This document shows positions 17,351 through 26,574 of a DNA stretch of 64,000 nucleotides, one piece after another. A program made the position numbers and the translations under genes. The notes under the pieces were generated by a model, which was given only the letters and a program-made list of their open reading frames with translations, was not told the origin of the DNA and searched no databases. Location: positions 19,041 to 83,040 of the forward strand of contig JBMOKT010000017.1 in NCBI GenBank assembly GCA_049323895.1, in the 5' to 3' direction. Position 1 is the stretch's first letter, and each line of letters begins with the position of its first letter. Source of the DNA: Bacillota bacterium (GTDB taxonomy: Bacteria > Bacillota > Peptococcia > Peptococcales > BICA1-8).

Positions 17351-18556
17351 CTAGACATCCCTGGTCCATAATGATGCCATAGCAGGTCCTCCCCCTACAC
17401 AAAGGGATGCTCCGCCAGTGTTTAAGCCCAGCCTTTCCATTTCATAATATAAGCTTACAATTATCCTCAGCCCTGTACACCCCACTGGATGTCCCAAGGC
17501 TATTCCAGAACCATTATGGTTAACCCGCTCCAAGTCCAGCTTCATATTAAACTCCTCTGCCAACATCCGTCCTACTCCCAGCCACTGGGCAGCAAAGGCT
17601 TCATTTACCTCCCAGTACTGAATGTCCTCAAAAACCATACCTGCTTGTTTTAAACATTTCGGTATTGCTAAAGCAGGACCTAGACCCATAATCTTGGGAT
17701 CCATACCTTCGGTGCAGATGTTGATTAGCTTCATCAGCGGCAATAAGCCTAATTCACCAGCCTTATCCCTGGACATGATGATTACCGCAGCAGCCCCGTC
17801 ATTAATACCCGAGGCGTTACCTGCAGTAACTACACCATCTTTTTTAAAGACAGGTTTCAGTTTGGTTAGATCTTCCATAGCAGCGTCCCTAATAGGATGC
17901 TCATCAACTTCAAAAAGACTTACACCTTTTTTGGTTTTAATTTCCACCGGTATTATTTCCCTGGTAAATCTTCCTTCTTTGAGGGCCTGATTTGCTCTGG
18001 TATGGCTGATTAATGCCAACTCATCGCATTCTTCCCTGGTAATTCCATATTTGACCGCAACATTTTCGGCGGTAAGCCCCATATGACCAGGCACAAGCTC
18101 ATCAATTAACCCGTCATGAAGCATGGCATCCTCTAAAGTGCCGTGGTTCATCTTATAACCCATTCGACCCTGGGGAAGGAGATAAGGCACATTAGTCATG
18201 CTTTCTACCCCTACTACCAGGGCAATTTCCGTCTTGCCCAGGATAATGTTGTGGGCAGCGATTTCCAAGGCTCTCATGCTGGAAGAACAATTTTGGTTCA
18301 CACTTACTGCACTGCTGCGATGAGGCAAACCTACCCTTATCCCTATCTGACGGGCAGGCAGAGAACCCTGCATTCCTGTATACAGTTGTCCAACCACTAT
18401 TTCATCAACCATTTCAGCTGAAATTCCCGCCCTCCGTACTGCTTCTTTACCGGCGATTATTGCCAATTCACGGGCACTGACATTTTGCAAGCCGCCCATA
18501 AATTTACCAATCGGCGTACGGCAGGCACTCATCATTACAACCTCATTTAACTTCAT
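17351..18556 (-). CDS. Acetyl-CoA C-acetyltransferase (second thiolase paralogue)
   Basis: Contains NQNCSSSMRAL, NGSGIALGHPVGCTG and the CVGGGPA tail. The start was moved to the ATG at 18556 because GGAGGAGG lies 5 nt upstream. Confidence 0.9.
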   Translation of the reverse strand: MKLNEVVMMSACRTPIGKFMGGLQNVSARELAIIAGKEAVRRAGISAEMVDEIVVGQLYTGMQGSLPARQIGIRVGLPHRSSAVSVNQNCSSSMRALEIAAHNIILGKTEIALVVGVESMTNVPYLLPQGRMGYKMNHGTLEDAMLHDGLIDELVPGHMGLTAENVAVKYGITREECDELALISHTRANQALKEGRFTREIIPVEIKTKKGVSLFEVDEHPIRDAAMEDLTKLKPVFKKDGVVTAGNASGINDGAAAVIIMSRDKAGELGLLPLMKLINICTEGMDPKIMGLGPALAIPKCLKQAGMVFEDIQYWEVNEAFAAQWLGVGRMLAEEFNMKLDLERVNHNGSGIALGHPVGCTGLRIIVSLYYEMERLGLNTGGASLCVGGGPAMASLWTRDV

Positions 18557-18595
18557 AGGTACCTCCTCCAAGAGTTATTCTGACAAAAATACTAT

Positions 18596-18611
18596 TGCAA
18601 GAAATATGCCT
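18596..18611 (-). promoter_or_regulatory. Second sigma-54 promoter, in front of the thiolase paralogue
   Basis: The coding strand reads AGGCATATTTCTTGCA. The GG and GC are 12 nt apart as in the consensus. It lies 40 nt upstream of the ATG. Confidence 0.7.
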
Positions 18612-18696
18612 AACCTAAATAGGTAAAATAAAAACCGCCTCGCCTAAAATCATAACGGGGAAAACCCCCAATAAATTATGAAAATCAGGCAAAGCA

Positions 18697-18730
18697 GTCT
18701 AAATAAATAGAAAAAGTCTAGAATTTTAGA
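18697..18730. promoter_or_regulatory. Two further copies of the candidate UAS
   Basis: GTCTAAATAAATAGA (18697-18711) and GTCTAGAATTTTAGA (18716-18730) lie 85-120 bp upstream of the 18596 promoter, abutting the activator gene stop. Confidence 0.45.
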
Positions 18731-18735
18731 AAAAT

Positions 18736-20802
18736 TTAGTCCAGCTTATATTTTTCAATTTTTTGATAGATATTGGCCCGGCTTATTCCCAGTTTCTTGG
18801 CAGCCTGGATCCTGTTGCCCTGGCAGATTTGCAGGGCATTGACTATGGTTATGCGCTCAGTTTCTTCGATAGCTTCCTTTAATAATTGTACTTCACCGCT
18901 CTTAGAGCTTATATCACTGTTCTTAATATGGTAGGGTAAATTAGCCGCTTTAATCACACCGCCGTCCAGGAAATTAAGGCATCTTTCCAAAATATTTTCC
19001 AGTTCCCTGATATTACCCGGCCAGTAATAGTTAACCATAATCTCCAATGCACACGGCTCAACGCTGGGAATAGTGCAGCCCATATTATTTGCTAGTTTAG
19101 CCAGAAGGTGGTTAATCAATTGGGGAATATCTTCTTTTCTGAACCTTAAGGGTGGAATTTTTAATTCTACAACATTCAGCCGATAATATAAATCAAGTCT
19201 AAACTTGTCTTCTTTGACCAAATCCTCTAAAGGTCTGTTAGTGGCCGCAATGACCCTCACATCAACAGGGATTGTTTTGGTTCCCCCAACCCTTTCAATT
19301 TCTTTCTCCTGCAAAACCCTTAAAAGCTTTACCTGCATATTCTGCGGCATGTCACCGATTTCATCCAGAAAAATAGTACCTCCATTTGCCAGTTCAAACT
19401 TACCGTATTTTCCGCCTTTTTTCGCACCTGTAAAAGCTCCTTCTTCATAACCAAACAACTCAGATTCCATTAGGCTTTCCGGTATGGCAGAACAATTTAC
19501 TTTAATAAATGGTTTATATTTACGGGTACTTTCATAATGGATAGCATGGGCAAAAAGTTCCTTCCCTGTACCGCTTTCCCCTCTAATGAGAACAGTGGAA
19601 TTGCTTTGGGCCAATTTTAAGGCCATAGCTTTTATTTCAGCTATCTCCGGACTGGAGCCTATAATGTTTTCAAAGGTGTAATGAGCACCCTGTATTTTTT
19701 TAACAACATCCTTATAATATTCTAATTCATTCTGTAAAGATTCTACCCTGTCCACTAAAGCGGTAAGTTCTTTGACATCTTTAAACATGGTTTTGCCTAC
19801 GGCACCCCAAATTTTTCCGCCTTTTTTGATGGGTATGCGGTTGCAAATCATTTCCCGCCCGCATATTTTTTGGAGATCCGCCATTTCAGCTTTACCAGTC
19901 TTGGCCACGATATGCATACGGGTATTTTCAATAATTTCAGTAACATGTCTTCCTATAGCCTTTTCACGAGGTACTCCTATGAATTTCTCATATGCTTTAT
20001 TAAACATGGTAATGATTCCGTCGGCATCTACTACTACAATACAATCATAGTCATTATCTACTACCGTTTCCAATAAGTCCTTGTACTGCTTGACATTAGT
20101 CAACTCTTCCATAATGCTTTGCAGTTCGGTTATATCCTGAAAAATTGCTACAGCCCCTACAACCTTGCCATTTTGAATAACGGGAGTCCGGTTGGTAATA
20201 AAGGTTTTTCCTCCATGGGTAAAATGCTGTCCAATTTCCGCTTTGCCGGAACGGGCAATTTCCGGCAGCCTGGTATTGGGAATGAATTTCTCTATATGAT
20301 GCCCCAAAACCTGTTCAGCATCGGTCTGGAGCAAATTTGCAGCGGATTTATTCAAATAAGAAATGTTACCCTGGCTATTGATACTGATAATACAGCTATT
20401 GCTGGTATCCATGATGGCATTCAAATTCTCACTGGCATTATCCCGCTGCTTCAAAAGGTGGTGGGCGACCTTATTTTGGGAAACTACCCCTAGAAAAGCC
20501 TGATTTGCATCAACTATAACAATTTTGTTGAGAGGATAATCCAAAATAGTTGTCAAAGTTACTTTTTCATTGATTATTATTGCTTCCTCAATAAATTTCT
20601 CAATAGCAGAATCCAAACCAAACCCTTGGTCCAGAGCCCTAATAAAGCCTTTCACAGTAAAAATACCCACAATCCTGTTGTCACAATCAACAACAGGAAC
20701 GGCACTCCCCCCCAATAAGGTAATATTATTAAGGGCTTCCCAGAGGGTATTTTTTACGGTACATGTTATCTTTTTAGAGGAAATCAGCTGATTTATCAGC
20801 AT
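18736..20802 (-). CDS. Sigma-54-dependent transcriptional activator (CBS pair, two PAS domains, AAA+ domain, Fis-type HTH)
   Basis: Contains GESGTGKELFAHAIH, the GAFTGA loop, DEIG, YYWPGNIRELEN and a C-terminal HTH QAAKKLGISRANIYQKI. Confidence 0.9.
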   Translation of the reverse strand: MLINQLISSKKITCTVKNTLWEALNNITLLGGSAVPVVDCDNRIVGIFTVKGFIRALDQGFGLDSAIEKFIEEAIIINEKVTLTTILDYPLNKIVIVDANQAFLGVVSQNKVAHHLLKQRDNASENLNAIMDTSNSCIISINSQGNISYLNKSAANLLQTDAEQVLGHHIEKFIPNTRLPEIARSGKAEIGQHFTHGGKTFITNRTPVIQNGKVVGAVAIFQDITELQSIMEELTNVKQYKDLLETVVDNDYDCIVVVDADGIITMFNKAYEKFIGVPREKAIGRHVTEIIENTRMHIVAKTGKAEMADLQKICGREMICNRIPIKKGGKIWGAVGKTMFKDVKELTALVDRVESLQNELEYYKDVVKKIQGAHYTFENIIGSSPEIAEIKAMALKLAQSNSTVLIRGESGTGKELFAHAIHYESTRKYKPFIKVNCSAIPESLMESELFGYEEGAFTGAKKGGKYGKFELANGGTIFLDEIGDMPQNMQVKLLRVLQEKEIERVGGTKTIPVDVRVIAATNRPLEDLVKEDKFRLDLYYRLNVVELKIPPLRFRKEDIPQLINHLLAKLANNMGCTIPSVEPCALEIMVNYYWPGNIRELENILERCLNFLDGGVIKAANLPYHIKNSDISSKSGEVQLLKEAIEETERITIVNALQICQGNRIQAAKKLGISRANIYQKIEKYKLD

Positions 20803-20917
20803 CTGCAGACCCCCAAACTACCAAAACTTATCTTGAATTAATTATACTTTTTTTCTTAGATTCCTTTTTTGTCCAAGTTGCCAATTCCAGTAAGGTATGT
20901 AATATTAAACCTTTTAG

Positions 20918-21694
20918 TTATACACCTTTAAAGTCAGGTTTTCTTTTATCCAAGAAAGCCGCCATTCCTTCCTTTTGTTCCTCCAAGGAGAAACATAAGC
21001 CAAAAATCTCCGCCTCATGATTATAAGCCGAAACATCATCCATGTTTAAGCCATTGTTAATTGCCGATTTGGCCAGCTTTACCGCCCAGGGTCCACGGCT
21101 CATTATTTTTTCTGCCATTTTCCTAGCCTCGTCCATCAATTGCTCCGGTTCAAAAATCTTATTAACCAAACCAATACGGTAAGCCTCTTGGGCATCAACC
21201 ATATCCCCCGTTACTATCATTTCCTTGGCAATTCCCTTGCCTACCAATCTGGGAAGCCGTTGTGTACCTCCGAAACCGGGAATTACTCCAAGATTTACCT
21301 CTGGCTGTGCGAATTTAGCCTTTGTAGAAGCAAGTCTAACATCACAGGCTAAGGCCAACTCACATCCCCCACCCAGGGCAAAGCCGTTTACCGCCGCAAT
21401 AACAATTTGCGGCAGGCTTTCAAGCTCTAGGAAAACCCTTTGTCCTAGTCGGCCAAATTCCCGCCCCTCAACTGAGTTTTTATCCCTCATTTCCGAAATA
21501 TCAGCACCTGCCACAAAAGCCTTTTCTCCTGCCCCGGTAACAATGACAACCCTTACCTCTTTGTTTTCAGAAAGCTGACCTACTACCTCCCTTAACTCAT
21601 TTAAAGTTTGACTGTTCAAAGCATTTAAAGCCTTAGGACGGTTTATAACTATTTCTGCAATACTTCCGTTAATCCTAAAAAGTATATTTTCCAT
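20918..21694 (-). CDS. Enoyl-CoA hydratase (crotonase family)
   Basis: Contains AFVAGADI and AAVNGFALGGGCELALACD. Confidence 0.9.
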   Translation of the reverse strand: MENILFRINGSIAEIVINRPKALNALNSQTLNELREVVGQLSENKEVRVVIVTGAGEKAFVAGADISEMRDKNSVEGREFGRLGQRVFLELESLPQIVIAAVNGFALGGGCELALACDVRLASTKAKFAQPEVNLGVIPGFGGTQRLPRLVGKGIAKEMIVTGDMVDAQEAYRIGLVNKIFEPEQLMDEARKMAEKIMSRGPWAVKLAKSAINNGLNMDDVSAYNHEAEIFGLCFSLEEQKEGMAAFLDKRKPDFKGV

Positions 21695-21779
21695 AACAAT
21701 CCTCCTGAATGTTTTATGATTTTATCTTAACAATTAATTGGTAAGCAGAAAAGCCTGTTTTTATACAGGCTTTTTTCCT

Positions 21780-22514
21780 TTATTGATTATTCAGCTTTTC
21801 TTGTAAAATTCCTCTAATTACCGAAAATTCCATACCATTTTCTACACAAAAATCCCTGACAGTCATCAAATTACCGGGAACCTTCTTTCCTATAATACCT
21901 TCTATTTCCTCCAAGGTCATACCCCATTCCAGCAGTTCTCCAAAGGTGGTTTTTCCTTTTATTGTTTTTTCCGGTTCCGTTACCTTTTCCCCCTCATCTG
22001 AATTAGATCGAACCAAAGCTTCAGGTGCTGCTTCTAAGATATGATCGCGCAAATAAGCAAGCTGCTCCCTGGTAATTTTACCTTTGTTTTCCAATATTTC
22101 CAGCGCAGGTTTAAGCAAAAAAACTTCTTCATCTAAACTATATGGCAGACCGTTATAAAATGCAGTAAACATCCGTACTGATCCAGTTCCAATTTCCTGT
22201 CCCGCAGCTTTTAGGTATTCATACATGCTTTCCAGCTCCTTTACCTGCATCACCTTAACCTTGTCAATATCAAGTAAATGGAAAGCCCGGGCAATATCCT
22301 CAAGGGGAATGCCAAATAAGCGGCTTACTTCATCAAAGGTATATGACCCTCTTATATCCGCAGGATTATAATTCCCGGCAAATTCCCCCTCTTTATAGCT
22401 AGCAGGAATTTTCGAAGATGTAGTAATCCATAAATCCAAAGCTTTGCTTACACCAATTCCACTAAACATCAATACAAATATAATTAGCCCCATTGCCCAC
22501 GGTTTTATTTTCAT
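21780..22514 (-). CDS. Hypothetical membrane-anchored/exported protein, translationally coupled to the upstream 4Fe-4S protein gene
   Basis: It has an N-terminal TM/signal segment and its start overlaps the upstream stop (ATGA). I recognise no family. A terminator hairpin AAAAGCCTGT-tttta-ACAGGCTTTT follows. Confidence 0.6.
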   Translation of the reverse strand: MKIKPWAMGLIIFVLMFSGIGVSKALDLWITTSSKIPASYKEGEFAGNYNPADIRGSYTFDEVSRLFGIPLEDIARAFHLLDIDKVKVMQVKELESMYEYLKAAGQEIGTGSVRMFTAFYNGLPYSLDEEVFLLKPALEILENKGKITREQLAYLRDHILEAAPEALVRSNSDEGEKVTEPEKTIKGKTTFGELLEWGMTLEEIEGIIGKKVPGNLMTVRDFCVENGMEFSVIRGILQEKLNNQ

Positions 22515-23344
22515 ATGCTTAAACCTCCTTTAGCAGTAAGTTCAACAGTATCAACTATGGGGCAGCTTTCATGGGAGGTACATCTCATACAACTAATACA
22601 CTGGTGGTTTCTAACAACTTCCTTTTGGGCTACGGTAATATTCATGGGGCATGTCCTGTTACAACTATTACAGTTAATGCACGTTGAAGCCTCCCGTCTA
22701 ATTTTAAAGACTCTAAAAAGGTTGGTTATACCTAATACTGCTCCATAGGGGCAGACATATTTACACCAGGGTCTTTCTACAAATAAGGAAAACCCTATTG
22801 TTAATCCTAGGATTACCAAGGCTGTGACAGCAACCTCACTAGTCCAGAAATTAAAGAGGGCAAAATATGGGTCATATTCCTGAAACAGCAGTTTTCCCGT
22901 TGAGCCAATTGCATATAAAACCCAGACAAGAATGAGGTAGCGGGTATGTCTCAGGTAATTATCAATTTTTTGAGGCATAAAATTATTGTACTTTTTGCCA
23001 AAAATCCTCCTCCCTATTTTGCCAAACCATTCTTGTACAGACCCCAGAGGGCAGATCCAACTGCAAAAAACGGGACCAAACAAAACAGCCAAAAGGAAAA
23101 CAATTATCATTAAGATAAAAGCAGATTGATGGATTTTCTGCACAAAAGTACCTACTGTTGCAAACTGATAGATAGAAACAACTCCGCCAAAGGGACACAA
23201 CCCGTGTAATGATGCAGAGGATAAAAAGGCTAAACCTTTGCTTCCTGCCTCAATTGCATACTTGTTAATGGATGTTAATAAAATAAGAAGAAAAAAGAAT
23301 AGCTGAACCATAAAACGGGGACTTGTTTTTGTATTTTTGCTCAT
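22511..23344 (-). CDS. Polytopic 4Fe-4S-binding membrane protein (NapH/MauN-like)
   Basis: It has CPFGG and CPLG motifs in TM loops, and a C-terminal CINCNSCNRTCP...CISCMRCTSHESCP. Confidence 0.8.
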   Translation of the reverse strand: MSKNTKTSPRFMVQLFFFLLILLTSINKYAIEAGSKGLAFLSSASLHGLCPFGGVVSIYQFATVGTFVQKIHQSAFILMIIVFLLAVLFGPVFCSWICPLGSVQEWFGKIGRRIFGKKYNNFMPQKIDNYLRHTRYLILVWVLYAIGSTGKLLFQEYDPYFALFNFWTSEVAVTALVILGLTIGFSLFVERPWCKYVCPYGAVLGITNLFRVFKIRREASTCINCNSCNRTCPMNITVAQKEVVRNHQCISCMRCTSHESCPIVDTVELTAKGGLSI

Positions 23345-23540
23345 TTAAATCAACCTTTCCTGAAATTAATAACTTTAGTATTATGTTAATAAATTTTTTT
23401 CAGGAAATTATTTGATAAATATTAAGATATTATTAAGAATAAGACGCCCTTAAAGGCGTCTCTGTCTTTAACTCATCTATTCATCTTTTCGCTAACTCGT
23501 CATTTAGTCAGTTCGTCATCTCTTCTTTTTCTGAGAAAGG

Positions 23541-23921
23541 TTAAATATATTTTTCCAATGAGGCTCCCAGCCATACGGCAAATAGTCCAATAATAACGCT
23601 AACTCCTATATATATTAAGGCAGTTTTTAGATTGTTTGACTTAATGAGATTCAGGATTTCCAGGCTAAAAGTTGAGAATGTAGTAAATGCACCCAGAAAA
23701 CCTATAGTAATGAATACTCTAAGATAATCGTGTAAAACATTCCTCTCCAGTGTGTAGGAATAAAAAAAGCCTAATAAAAAACAGCCTGTAATGTTAACAA
23801 CTAATGTTCCATAAGGGAAAAAATGCTGGAATCTATTAGTTACCCATCCGGAGACCAGATAACGGCTTAAGGCACCTAAAGCTCCCCCCAAGCCAATAAA
23901 TAAAATATTTAAATGTCCCAA
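23541..23921 (-). CDS. crcB: Fluoride ion channel CrcB/FluC
   Basis: Contains GGALGALSRY, GTLVVNITGCFLLG and GFLGAFTTFSTFS. Confidence 0.9.
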   Translation of the reverse strand: MGHLNILFIGLGGALGALSRYLVSGWVTNRFQHFFPYGTLVVNITGCFLLGFFYSYTLERNVLHDYLRVFITIGFLGAFTTFSTFSLEILNLIKSNNLKTALIYIGVSVIIGLFAVWLGASLEKYI

Positions 23922-23954
23922 TTCCCCCCACCCCTTTCAGTTATTAATATTAAA

Positions 23955-24350
23955 TTAAACAAGTCTAAAATATTTCTTGAGTTTTTCAACCAGCGGAATA
24001 TCTGCAGGGGCAAAAGAATATTTATTTAAATCCTGTACAGGAATAAACTTAATCTCTTTATGAACATGGGGCGTTAGCTGTCCCCCTTCCAGTACAGTCC
24101 AATAAGCAAGAAGCCTGACGGAGGCATGACTGTAATGGTAAATACTTTCCGCAAAGAAATTACCTACACTTACCTCCACATTAAACTCTTCCTTCATCTC
24201 CCGCACCAAGCATTGCTGGGGTGTTTCCCCTTCTTCAACTTTTCCGCCGGGGAATTCCCATAGGTTGGCTAAAAAATCTTCATCATCCCTCTTGGCAATC
24301 AGTATTAAATTATCCTTGATTAATATGGCTGCCGAAACATCAATCATCAA
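23955..24350 (-). CDS. Nudix hydrolase (MutT-like nucleoside triphosphate pyrophosphohydrolase)
   Basis: Nudix box GGKVEEGETPQQCLVREMKEEFNV. Confidence 0.85.
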   Translation of the reverse strand: MMIDVSAAILIKDNLILIAKRDDEDFLANLWEFPGGKVEEGETPQQCLVREMKEEFNVEVSVGNFFAESIYHYSHASVRLLAYWTVLEGGQLTPHVHKEIKFIPVQDLNKYSFAPADIPLVEKLKKYFRLV

Positions 24351-24433
24351 AAATATCCCCTATTTTTACTTTTTAGTATGATACCCTTTAATAATACTTT
24401 TAACCTTTATCCTTAATTTTTAACCGCCATACC

Positions 24434-24458
24434 AAAAACGGCCCCATGGGCCGTTTTA
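24434..24458 (-). terminator. Intrinsic terminator after ftsZ
   Basis: Minus strand reads AAAACGGCCC-atg-GGGCCGTTTTTGG. Confidence 0.85.
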
Positions 24459-24470
24459 CCTTTTATTTCC

Positions 24471-25508
24471 TTATCTTCTTCTGAGAAATTCAGGTATTGT
24501 CCAATCCTCAGCCTGATAATTCTTAAGGGTTATTTTTTCTTCAGGCTTGGGCGGATTTTGGTCAAAACCAGTTGCTATAACGGTTACCCTTATCTCGTCT
24601 TCTAATTTTTCATCTATAACTGCCCCAAAGATAATATTTGCCTCAGGGTCAGCAGCTTCAGCAATAATCTCCGCAGCTTCATTGACTTCAAACAGACCCA
24701 AACCTGAACCGCCCGTGATATTTAGGAGCACTCCCTTGGCCCCTTCAATTGAAGTTTCTAAGAGGGGAGAAGAAATAGCATTACGGGCAGCAGTAACAGC
24801 CCTGTTTTCGCCGGCAGCAGTGCCAATACCCATCAAAGCTGAACCGGTATTATGCATTATGGTTTTAACATCGGCAAAATCAAGGTTAATCAAACCAGGA
24901 ACGGCAATCAAATCAGAAATACCCTGTACCCCTTGCCTTAAAACATCATCTGCAATACGGAAAGCTTCATTGATCGAAGTATTTTTGTCGACTACTTGTA
25001 ATAAACGGTCATTAGGAATAGTAATCAAGGTGTCGACCTTTTCTTTTAAGCTGCCTATTCCGGTAAGCGCCTGCTGGGAACGTTTTCTGCCTTCAAAGGT
25101 AAATGGCTTAGTTACTACACCTACGGTTAATGCGCCCACCTCTTTGGCCACAGCCGCCACTACCGGTGCAGCTCCAGTGCCTGTCCCACCGCCCATACCG
25201 GCGGTAACAAAAACCATATCGGCACCTTTCAGTGCTTTTATTAGTTCATCGCGGCTTTCTTCAGCAGCATTTTTCCCTATTTCTGGATTAGCTCCAGCAC
25301 CAAGACCTCTTGTTAATTTTGTTCCAATCTGTATCTTCACTTCCGCTTGGGAAAGATATAAAGCTTGAGCATCAGTATTAATTGCAATAAATTCTACACC
25401 TTTTAGACCGGCTGCAATCATTCGGTTTACAGCGTTGCTTCCTCCGCCACCTACACCAATAACCTTTATCTGAGCAAATTGGTGAATATCCACATCAAAT
25501 TCCAGCAT
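24471..25508 (-). CDS. ftsZ: Cell division GTPase FtsZ
   Basis: MLEFDVD...[17 protein letters not shown] and [11 protein letters not shown]. The start was chosen at MLEF (25508) by analogy with FtsZ N-termini. The track ORF begins 12 nt earlier, at 25520. Confidence 0.95.
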   Translation of the reverse strand: MLEFDVDIHQFAQIKVIGVGGGGSNAVNRMIAAGLKGVEFIAINTDAQALYLSQAEVKIQIGTKLTRGLGAGANPEIGKNAAEESRDELIKALKGADMVFVTAGMGGGTGTGAAPVVAAVAKEVGALTVGVVTKPFTFEGRKRSQQALTGIGSLKEKVDTLITIPNDRLLQVVDKNTSINEAFRIADDVLRQGVQGISDLIAVPGLINLDFADVKTIMHNTGSALMGIGTAAGENRAVTAARNAISSPLLETSIEGAKGVLLNITGGSGLGLFEVNEAAEIIAEAADPEANIIFGAVIDEKLEDEIRVTVIATGFDQNPPKPEEKITLKNYQAEDWTIPEFLRRR

Positions 25509-25624
25509 GAAGCCATACAACCCCTTTCATCCTACTCTGCAATAATCATATATAATAACAAATACTACAAATCACTTACCATAAATTCCACATGATGAAT
25601 AAAATTCCCTTTTTTAAAAACCAA

Positions 25625-26413
25625 TTATTTTTTGCTTTTTATTACAGGCGGACCATTAAAACGAAGGTCAATATACTCAATGCTTTCGCTATCAACTCCC
25701 CTTTTTTGGAAATCGCCAAGGATTTCCCGCAAATTAGTCATTTTTTCTTTAATATTCTCAAAAGAACCTATTCTAATTTCTACTCCGGTTTCAGTATAAG
25801 CCAGTATATGTTTTTCATTGGCAATATTAATTTCCACCAGGTTGTGTAATAGTTCAGGCTCACTTTCATCTATGATACTGAGAGCCATTGTTAGAGCCTG
25901 ATTCTTAATTAGCTGCCCCGGACCAGGTATTTGTTCTAAACCGATTCCACTAATGACAGGCAGGGAATATTCTCCGATATCATTTACCAGTGTTAGAAAA
26001 TGACCTTCTGCACTAACCTGGATAAAACCGTCTGGAGACACCAAAAGACATACAGGCTTTCGTTCCTCAATAATAATTTCTAAGGTATTGGGAAGTTTGC
26101 GTTTAATATTTACTTCTTTTATTAAAGGATGGACAGATACCCTTTCTACTACTGCATCTCCGTTAATTTTCATTAAGTTTTGACCTGGTTTTAGCTGGCT
26201 TAAGGTTAATATCTTTTCTGTCTCTAATGAACTATTGCCTACGACAGTAATTTTTTTCAAAGCAAAAAAGGGTGAATGTATGAAAAAGTATAAACCCACT
26301 GCCAATAGTAATAAATAAATGACAGGGGTCGGTATTTTAACATTCTTTTTATTGTTTTTCTTCCTTCTCCTCTGATAATCATCCAGATAGGATACATCCA
26401 TTATAAATTTCAC
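25625..26413 (-). CDS. ftsQ: Cell division protein FtsQ/DivIB (POTRA domain)
   Basis: It has a basic N-terminus, a single TM segment, then KKITVVGNSSL, the start of a POTRA domain. It occupies the ftsQ position between murA and ftsZ. Confidence 0.8.
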   Translation of the reverse strand: MKFIMDVSYLDDYQRRRKKNNKKNVKIPTPVIYLLLLAVGLYFFIHSPFFALKKITVVGNSSLETEKILTLSQLKPGQNLMKINGDAVVERVSVHPLIKEVNIKRKLPNTLEIIIEERKPVCLLVSPDGFIQVSAEGHFLTLVNDIGEYSLPVISGIGLEQIPGPGQLIKNQALTMALSIIDESEPELLHNLVEINIANEKHILAYTETGVEIRIGSFENIKEKMTNLREILGDFQKRGVDSESIEYIDLRFNGPPVIKSKK

Positions 26414-26429
26414 CTATTTCGGCCAGAAA

Positions 26430-26480
26430 TTAGAAAACACGGCTTGTGCCGAGCCTTTGGCGAGTTCTCATAAATATAAA
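26430..26480 (+). repeat. Copy 2 of the TTAGAAAACACGGCTTGCGCC element
   Basis: TTAGAAAACACGGCTTGTGCCGAGCCTTTGGCGAGTTCTCATAAATAT. Confidence 0.75.
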
Positions 26481-26574
26481 AAATCCCTCGCCACTAATTA
26501 TAGCAAGCAGGCTATAAGTTGTCCAAGGTTTTCCTTTTCGAAAACGCAAACCAGGTTTGCGCTCCCAAATAAAT

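Noticed and set aside
23922-24470. Looked for a fluoride riboswitch upstream of crcB.
   Set aside because: crcB starts 33 nt after the Nudix gene. The region upstream of the Nudix gene shows only the ftsZ terminator and an AT-rich promoter region. I could not find the conserved crcB-motif helices by eye, and an Infernal scan would be needed for certainty.
24547-25368. 273-aa plus-strand ORF antisense to ftsZ, and similar long antisense ORFs: 44372..44956 in lpd, 26681..27097 in murA, 13274..13588 in the thiolase gene, and 50388..50873 in the M42 peptidase gene.
   Set aside because: They are fully nested antisense to strongly conserved genes. Their composition is low-complexity and Ser/Pro/Ala/Ile-rich. 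There are no RBSs. This is a typical shadow-frame artefact.
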